In this document: positions 37,219 through 37,281 of the stretch, in pieces
Layout: each line of letters starts with the position of its first letter
Position numbering within the stretch: the first letter of the stretch is position 1
Source of the DNA: Nitrospinota bacterium
Lineage (GTDB): Bacteria; UBA8248
DNA: 37,281 nucleotides
Direction of reading: 5' to 3'
Assembly (NCBI GenBank): GCA_036231405.1
Contig: JAZAHK010000038.1
Location: forward strand, 1-37,281
Translations under genes and position numbers: made by a program
The notes under the pieces: model-generated
Database searches by the model: none
What the model was told of the DNA's origin: nothing
Seen by the model: only the letters and a program-made list of their open reading frames with translations

Positions 37219-37281
37219 CCTTTATGGTTACTCAAATAGGCGACAAAACCAATGCAATGAGACAAAATAACTTAATGGAAG

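Overview
A 37-kb, AT-rich bacterial window that is almost entirely one cell-surface glycan island. It is bounded on the left by the 3' end of an SLH-repeat (S-layer-type) protein gene and on the right by a housekeeping actinobacterial-type fused biotin carboxylase/BCCP gene. The Cys-containing SLH repeat and this carboxylase in low-GC DNA suggest a streamlined, probably marine, Acidimicrobiia-type actinobacterium (inference). The island encodes: an O-antigen-ligase/O-oligosaccharyltransferase-like protein with C-terminal TPRs, preceded by a decayed paralogue fragment; a WecA initiator; a single-chain ABC exporter (candidate flippase); two GT-C membrane glycosyltransferases and a polyprenyl-P-sugar synthase; several GT2/GT4 enzymes; a WbpA/B/E/D-type 2,3-diacetamido-uronic acid pathway with an AsnB-type amidotransferase; and a CDP-glucose cassette (RfbF, RfbG, RmlC, C-methyltransferase, aminotransferase, CmcI-family O-methyltransferase). 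With the island's formyltransferase, that cassette has the enzyme set expected for a kansosamine/sibirosamine-like branched amino sugar. Smaller oddities are an apparent ATC start codon, a C-methyltransferase homologue with a substituted active site, and a perfect 16-bp hairpin near the island edge. I saw no rRNA, tRNA, CRISPR array or IS element. All family calls are by-eye motif recognition, not database searches.
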